Assembly: GCA_005776735.1 (NCBI GenBank) | Contig: SXOM01000024.1 | Coordinates: 1-36,990 of the forward strand | Length of the DNA: 36,990 nt | Direction: 5' to 3' | DNA from: Pseudomonadota bacterium | GTDB taxonomy: Bacteria > Myxococcota_A > UBA796 > SXON01 | Shown here: one piece after another, positions 32,795-36,990 of the stretch | Numbering within the stretch: position 1 is the first letter of the stretch | Layout: every line of letters starts with the position of its first letter | Notes under the pieces: generated by a model | Seen by the model: the letters and a program-made list of their open reading frames with translations, nothing else | Database searches by the model: none | What the model was told of the DNA's origin: nothing | Translations under genes and position numbers: made by a program

Positions 32795-32890
32795 GGCGCC
32801 GCGACGCGACCGTCCCGAAGGCGGCAACCTCGCCCCGCGGCGCGCGGCGCCGGGCGGCCCCGGCCGCCTTCGGGACGGTCGCGCGGCGCC
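32795..32890 (+). terminator. long imperfect inverted repeat (about 28 bp of stem, 3-nt bulge, 37-nt loop) just after the operon
   Basis: The left arm is GGCGCCGCGACGCGACCGTCCCGAAGGCGGC (32795-32825). The right arm is GCCGCCTTCGGGACGGTCGCGCGGCGCC (32863-32890). It starts 13 nt after the stop at 32782. No T-tract. Confidence 0.45.
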
Positions 32891-32926
32891 GCCCACAAGC
32901 CCGGGATTCGGTGCTATCCTCGGCAG

Positions 32927-33706
32927 GTGCCCAAGACCCACCTCGGCCTGATGCTGGTGCTGTGCGCGGCGTGTGCGGACGTGGAGGCCGAGGTTGCGCC
33001 TCCCACGATCGAATCGCAGTCGCTCCTGGCGCTCCAACACTTCTACGAAGACGATGCGGGCGAGCAGATCGCGGTCCTGCGCGAGCTGGTCGACGCCGAG
33101 GTGAGCGACACGCCGCACGGCTTCTACTTCGACGCCCTCTCGGCCGAGGACGTGGAGATGTTCGAGCACTCCGACGCCGCGATCTGGGAACACACCACCG
33201 GCTGCGGCGTGCTCGCGAAGATGGCCGGCGAGCTGTCCCAGTACGCGGCGGTCGTCCCCGAGGAGGACCAGAGCTTCCCCGACCCGGGCTACGAGACGTG
33301 GACCCGCGAGATCACCGGGGGTAACGCCGATGCGTTCCTGGACGGCGACGGCCTCGACACCTGGAACGAGGTGGTGAAGGCGGAGATCGGCTTCGCCGTG
33401 GATTACGGGATGCACAAGGACTATCGCTGGCACGACGGGGTGTTGGCGCAGCTGAGCCTGGTCCCCGAGGGCGTGATGCCGGCGGACGCGTTCAGCACCG
33501 AGCTGGTCGTCGGGTTCACCATCGAGCTGTGGTACGAGCTGGACGGCACGATGATCTGGTACAACGCGTCGTGGACCGAGATCGAGAGCCCGATCGACGA
33601 GGACAACGTCGAGATCGAGGGGTGGCTCGACCTGCTCATCGACGGCACCCTGGACTACTACTGGGGCACCCAGGAGCACGCGACCGGCATTCCGCGGCCG
33701 GAGTGA
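32927..33706 (+). CDS. acidic secreted/lipoprotein-like protein, hypothetical
   Basis: ORF 32927..33706 (GTG). Leader MPKTHLGLMLVLCAACAD. Asp/Glu/Trp-rich. No family recognised. Confidence 0.6.
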   Translation: MPKTHLGLMLVLCAACADVEAEVAPPTIESQSLLALQHFYEDDAGEQIAVLRELVDAEVSDTPHGFYFDALSAEDVEMFEHSDAAIWEHTTGCGVLAKMAGELSQYAAVVPEEDQSFPDPGYETWTREITGGNADAFLDGDGLDTWNEVVKAEIGFAVDYGMHKDYRWHDGVLAQLSLVPEGVMPADAFSTELVVGFTIELWYELDGTMIWYNASWTEIESPIDEDNVEIEGWLDLLIDGTLDYYWGTQEHATGIPRPE

Positions 33707-33721
33707 ACTTCGAGCGGGGCC

Positions 33722-34027
33722 GGGCAAGACGCGGCGACCCGGGGCGCGGGTCGGCGTCCTCGGGTGGGGGCAGACGCACGGCGCGACGTTCTGCAGAACG
33801 AAGTCACCGCCGGGTCCTGCCGGGCCGGGCGAAATTGGCGCTCGCTCCGCCGCGGATTCGCAAGCGAACCCGCGCTACGCTCGGCCAATTCCACCCGACC
33901 CGTCACCCGCCGCGTCACCGAACCGGCCAACGCGGGGAGGCGTCTGGCACAACGGGGGGACGCCGAACCGCGAGGGTCTGGCTGCACCGGCCCAAGGTCG
34001 GTGGGCGTGGTGATGTCGAACTTCGAG
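33722..34027 (-). repeat. copy B of the ~300-nt dispersed element; candidate structured RNA (polarity - here)
   Basis: Reverse-complement match to 18426-18727. The equivalent hairpins are at 33826-33839/33884-33897, 33852-33860/33865-33873 and 33793-33799/33814-33820. It lies between two convergent genes. Confidence 0.65.
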
Positions 34028-34056
34028 CAGTATTTTGGTGAGCGTGGCGACGGCGG
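33980..34056. repeat. direct repeat unit 1 (77 nt), the distal end of copy B
   Basis: GGCTGCACCGGCCCAAGGTCGGTGGGCGTGGTGATGTCGAACTTCGAGCAGTATTTTGGTGAGCGTGGCGACGGCGG. Confidence 0.7.
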
Positions 34057-34092
34057 TGAACCGGCCGACGGCGGGGATGCGACAGGAGGGGG

Positions 34093-34166
34093 GGCTGCAC
34101 CGGCCCAAGGTCGGTGGGCGTGGTGATGTCGAACTTCGAGCGGTTTGGTGAGCGTGGCGACGGCGG
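34093..34166. repeat. direct repeat unit 2 (74 nt), a near-identical duplicate of 33980-34056
   Basis: Same sequence as unit 1 except GAGCGGTTTGG in place of GAGCAGTATTTTGG. A 36-nt spacer separates the units. It ends 13 nt before the stop codon (34180-34182) of the minus-strand FG-GAP gene. Confidence 0.7.
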
Positions 34167-34179
34167 GGGCGGGGGCGGG

Positions 34180-35790
34180 TCAGAGGGTCGAGAACGCCGC
34201 CGAGAGGAGGAAGATCGCCCCGGGGGCGCCCGGCGTGCCGGCGGCGGCGGTGTCGGGCCACGCCTGGTCCGCGCCCACGAGCAGGTCGAGCACCCCGTCG
34301 CCGTCGAGGTCGGCCGCGCGGGCGAGGCCCTGCTGGCCGCCGGGGAGCGCGCCGACCCAACGGGCGGCGGCGTGGTCGGGGTTCTGCACGCCCCAGAGCG
34401 GGCCGGGAAACAGGTAGGTGGCGCCGGCCTGATCGGGGCCGGCGCCCAGGCCGGCCGTCCCCTCCAGCGGCGCGCTGACGAACACGTCGTCGCGGGCGTC
34501 GCCGTCCACGTCGACCTCGCCCGACCACGCCGAACCGAAGGTGGTGGTCAGCGTGTCGCCCAGGCCGCCGATGAGCCGTACGTCGGCGTCGTTGGGGTAG
34601 TGGGTTCCGGCGATCGGCCCGCGGAAGAGCAAGAACTCCCCCGCCCCCGCGCCGAGGAACGCACCCAGGTCGTCATAGCCGTCGCCGTCCACGTCACCGG
34701 CGCGCCCGCCGCTCTGGATGCGCGCCGTGCCGATGAGCGACACGATGCGCAGGTCGGCGTCGTCGATCGTCGACACGCCGGCGAGGTCGCCGGTGAAGCC
34801 GAAGAGGCCCCCGTTGGAGGTGTCGGGGCCGCCGTCGGCACCGAGCTCGTCGGGGCGGTAGCCGGGCGCGTCGAGCAACGCGTCCGCGAGGCCGTCGCCG
34901 TCGAGGTCGGGCGCCCCACCGAAGTCCGAGAGCCCGAGCGCGTCGCCGGACGCGGCGCCGTGGATCGTGGCGACCGCGAGCGCAGCCGCGTCGCCGGGCG
35001 CCGGCGTGCCGACGAACAGGAAGACCGCGCCGCGGTCGGCGTCGAAGCCCGCGTACCCCGGCGAAGCGAGGAGCCACTCGCCCCGACCGTCGCCCTCGCG
35101 ATCGCCAAGCGCCCGCACACCGCCGAACCGCTGCGGAACGGCGCTCGGATCCGGGGGGCCGCCCGGACCGCCGGACCCTTCGTCGGTCACCGTGAGGGCC
35201 ACCGCGGCGGCGGGCGCGGTGGCGTCGCGCAGATCGTCCAGGAGCCACACCTGGGCCGGGCCGTCGGTCGCCGCCACGGCGAGCTCGGCGTCGCCGTCGC
35301 CGTCGAGGTCGCCAGGGGTCCCCACCCGCAGGCCGGCCCCGTCGTCGGCCGCGAACCAGCCGCGCGCCTGGGTGGTGGGGTCGGCGGTGGTCGGCAGGGC
35401 CGTGACGAGCACGCGGCCCGACGCGGCACCTTCGCCCGCTTCGCCGAGCACCAGCTCCGCGAGCCCGTCGCCATCGAGGTCGGCGAGGACCACGTCGCGC
35501 CCGAGCGCGGCGCCCTCGGCCCCCGCGGCCCACCGGGCGCCGACGGTCAGCAGCGTGTCGCGCCGGGCCGGGCAGCCCCGACCGTCGCAGTCGCTGTCGA
35601 GGTCGTCGAGGCAGGACTCGGGGGCGGCGGGGTACACGTCGGGGTCGCCGTCGTCGCAATCGTCGCCCCCCACCTCGAACGCGTCGTGCCCGTCGTGGTC
35701 ACGGTCGTAGGCCAACGCACGATCTTCGTCGGTGACGATGCAGCCGGCGGCCAGGGAGAGCGTGAGGGGGAGGAGCTGGGCGCCGCGCAT
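34180..35790 (-). CDS. FG-GAP/VCBS (integrin-alpha-like) repeat lipoprotein with an N-terminal MopE-like Cys/Asp-rich putative metal-binding motif
   Basis: ORF 34180..35790 (ATG). Leader ...LSLAAGC. DRDHDGHDAFEVGGDDCDDGDPDVYPAAPESCLDDLDSDCDG. Multiple D.DGDG.(A/D)(D/E)L..G repeats (ADLDGDGLAELVLG, GDLDGDGDAELAVA, PDLDGDGLADALL, GDVDGDGYDDLG, VDVDGDARDDVFV, ADLDGDGVLDLLVG). Confidence 0.78.
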   Translation of the reverse strand: MRGAQLLPLTLSLAAGCIVTDEDRALAYDRDHDGHDAFEVGGDDCDDGDPDVYPAAPESCLDDLDSDCDGRGCPARRDTLLTVGARWAAGAEGAALGRDVVLADLDGDGLAELVLGEAGEGAASGRVLVTALPTTADPTTQARGWFAADDGAGLRVGTPGDLDGDGDAELAVAATDGPAQVWLLDDLRDATAPAAAVALTVTDEGSGGPGGPPDPSAVPQRFGGVRALGDREGDGRGEWLLASPGYAGFDADRGAVFLFVGTPAPGDAAALAVATIHGAASGDALGLSDFGGAPDLDGDGLADALLDAPGYRPDELGADGGPDTSNGGLFGFTGDLAGVSTIDDADLRIVSLIGTARIQSGGRAGDVDGDGYDDLGAFLGAGAGEFLLFRGPIAGTHYPNDADVRLIGGLGDTLTTTFGSAWSGEVDVDGDARDDVFVSAPLEGTAGLGAGPDQAGATYLFPGPLWGVQNPDHAAARWVGALPGGQQGLARAADLDGDGVLDLLVGADQAWPDTAAAGTPGAPGAIFLLSAAFSTL

Positions 35791-35804
35791 GGCACTCCGG
35801 AGGG

Positions 35805-35827
35805 GATCGTACCGCCCCTACGATATC
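35805..35827. promoter_or_regulatory. AT-richer palindrome in the divergent promoter region (candidate operator)
   Basis: GATCGTA-ccgcccc-TACGATATC, with ATCGTA/TACGAT as perfect 6-bp inverted arms 7 nt apart. It lies between the gene starts at 35790 (-) and 35867 (+). Confidence 0.2.
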
Positions 35828-35866
35828 GGGCGGGCGCGCGGGCCACATCTGCTACGCTGGCCGCGG

Positions 35867-36990
35867 ATGGACCGGACCCTGCTCCAGCGCGCCCAGCACG
35901 TCTTCGAGGCGGTGTGTGAGCTCGGCCCCGACGCGCAGCCCGCCGCGGTGCGCGCGGCGTGCGGCGACGACGCCGCGTTGCGCGCCGTCGTCGAGGACTT
36001 GCTGTCCCACGACGTCGCCGACACGGGCGAAGGCCTCGTGGGGGAAGCGGTCGCCGACGCACAGCGCCGGATCGTGGCCGGGCCGACGCCGCTCGAGCCG
36101 GGGGTGGTGGTGGAGCGGTTCGTGGTCGAACGGATGTTGGGACGGGGGGGCACGGCGCAGGTGTGGCAGGTTCGCCACCAACAGCTCGGCACTGCCTACG
36201 CCCTGAAGGTGCTCACGTGGGACACCCCGGCCGTACACCGGCGGGTCATGCGCGAAGCCCGGAGCCAGGCGCGCCTGGACCACCCGAACCTCGTCCCGGT
36301 GCTCGACCTGGTGCCGGTCAACGGCACCCCCGCGCTCTTGATGCCGTTGGTCCGGGGGCCCACCCTCGAGGCGGTGCTGGCGGAAGCCCGGCCGAGCGTG
36401 CACGAGGCGGTCGGCCTGGTCCGGGCCATCGCCGAGGCCGTCGCCTACGCACACGCCCAGGGCCTGTGCCACCGCGATCTGAAGCCCGCCAACGTGCTCC
36501 TGGAGCGGTCCGGGGGGCGGGTGGTGCCCCGCGTGGTCGACTTCGGCCTGGTCCGCGACACCCGCGAGTCGACGCTCACGCTGCCCGGCGTGGTGCTCGG
36601 CACCCCGAGCTACGCCGCGCCCGAGCAGCTCGCGGCCCAACGTTCGGACCACCGCGCGGACCTGTGGGCGCTCGGCGTGCTGCTGTACGAGCTGCTCGTG
36701 GGCCGGCGGCCGTTCCCCGGGCCGTCGCTGGAGCGGGTGCTCGCGGCGCAGGAGCGGGGGCCAGACCTGGAGGGGGTACCGGTCGCGCTCCGCGACCTCG
36801 TCCGCACGCTGCTCGTCGTCGATCCGGACGCACGCCTGGGCGACGCCGCAGAGCTCGTGCGGCGCCTCCCCGAGGTGCCGCCCCTCGGGGCGGAGGGGCC
36901 CCTGGGCCGGGTCCTCGCCGCGTGGGAAGCCGACGACCCGCAGGCGGCGACGGGCCCGCGTGAGGGGGTCTCCGCGGCGGCCGTCGCGCC
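35867..36990 (+). CDS. Ser/Thr protein kinase (Hanks type), C-terminus beyond the window
   Basis: Own translation from ATG 35867: MDRTLLQRAQHVFEAVCELGPD... then ERMLGRGGTAQVWQV..YALKVL.., GLCHRDLKPANVLL, VVDFGLV, GTPSYAAPEQ and DLWALGVLLYELLVGRRPF. It is open to the window end and not in the ORF track because there is no stop. Confidence 0.9.
   Translation, partial: MDRTLLQRAQHVFEAVCELGPDAQPAAVRAACGDDAALRAVVEDLLSHDVADTGEGLVGEAVADAQRRIVAGPTPLEPGVVVERFVVERMLGRGGTAQVWQVRHQQLGTAYALKVLTWDTPAVHRRVMREARSQARLDHPNLVPVLDLVPVNGTPALLMPLVRGPTLEAVLAEARPSVHEAVGLVRAIAEAVAYAHAQGLCHRDLKPANVLLERSGGRVVPRVVDFGLVRDTRESTLTLPGVVLGTPSYAAPEQLAAQRSDHRADLWALGVLLYELLVGRRPFPGPSLERVLAAQERGPDLEGVPVALRDLVRTLLVVDPDARLGDAAELVRRLPEVPPLGAEGPLGRVLAAWEADDPQAATGPREGVSAAAVA

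Noticed and set aside
33940-33965. TGGCAC motif in both repeat copies as a possible sigma54 -24 element
   Set aside because: The required TTGC(A/T) at the -12 position is absent (the sequence is TGGCACAACGGGGGGACGCC in copy B and TGGCACAACGGGGACGCC in copy A).
34131-34160. GAACTT of the GAACTTCGAG motif read as an ECF-type -35 box (the window also encodes an ECF sigma)
   Set aside because: The spacing to a downstream CGT varies between copies (18, 21 or none). In most copies no gene lies downstream in the right orientation.
33980-34166. Two near-identical direct repeats considered as a CRISPR-like array
   Set aside because: There are only two units, each about 75 nt (far too long), and no cas genes. 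The units are part of the dispersed element.
1-36990. Search for mobile-element genes, defence genes (nucleases, helicases, RT, cas), BMC shell genes, tRNA/rRNA
   Set aside because: No translated ORF showed the corresponding hallmark motifs and no tRNA-like T-arm sequence was seen. Absence is judged by eye only and should be confirmed with HMM and tRNA scanners.

Overview
Very GC-rich bacterial chromosomal segment (no GC value computed; third codon positions are almost all G/C). It is densely packed with about 33 protein genes. I recognised no rRNA, tRNA, CRISPR array, transposase or integrase. Lineage inference is Myxococcota-like, based on two MYXO-CTERM-type sorting tails, a MopE-like Cys-rich motif, an FG-GAP lipoprotein, many lipoproteins and a Ser/Thr kinase. 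Layout, left to right:

- A truncated hypothetical gene and a tiny charged protein.
- An envelope glycan unit: MurJ-like flippase, O-antigen-ligase-like protein, GT4 and EamA.
- An ECF sigma, zinc anti-sigma, secreted caspase-like protease and lipoprotein operon.
- A long minus-strand block: ABC-2 permease, GldG-like, DUF4340, OM beta-barrel, two tandem DUF2330 paralogues and a lipoprotein.
- A GT-C glycosyltransferase, glpD, and a deoC-deoB unit coupled to a CASTOR/POLLUX-like channel.
- A five-gene, translationally coupled lipoprotein operon: beta-propeller, tandem-fused di-haem DUF1111, pentahaem cytochrome c, mini-metzincin and a small lipoprotein.
- Further lipoproteins and a partial Ser/Thr kinase.

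Best candidates for something undescribed:

1. The nine-haem plus metzincin lipoprotein operon (26985-32782).
2. A dispersed ~300-nt GC-rich element (18426-18727, 33722-34027, plus fragments at 13454-13497 and 34093-34166). Differences between copies preserve hairpins in a strand-specific way, which suggests a structured RNA.
3. The ECF / anti-sigma / caspase module.
4. A DeoC with an encapsulation-peptide-like N-terminus.

CDS coordinates come from ORF-track frame arithmetic. Non-coding coordinates were hand-indexed and may be off by 1-2 nt. All family calls come from motif recognition by eye, not from searches.
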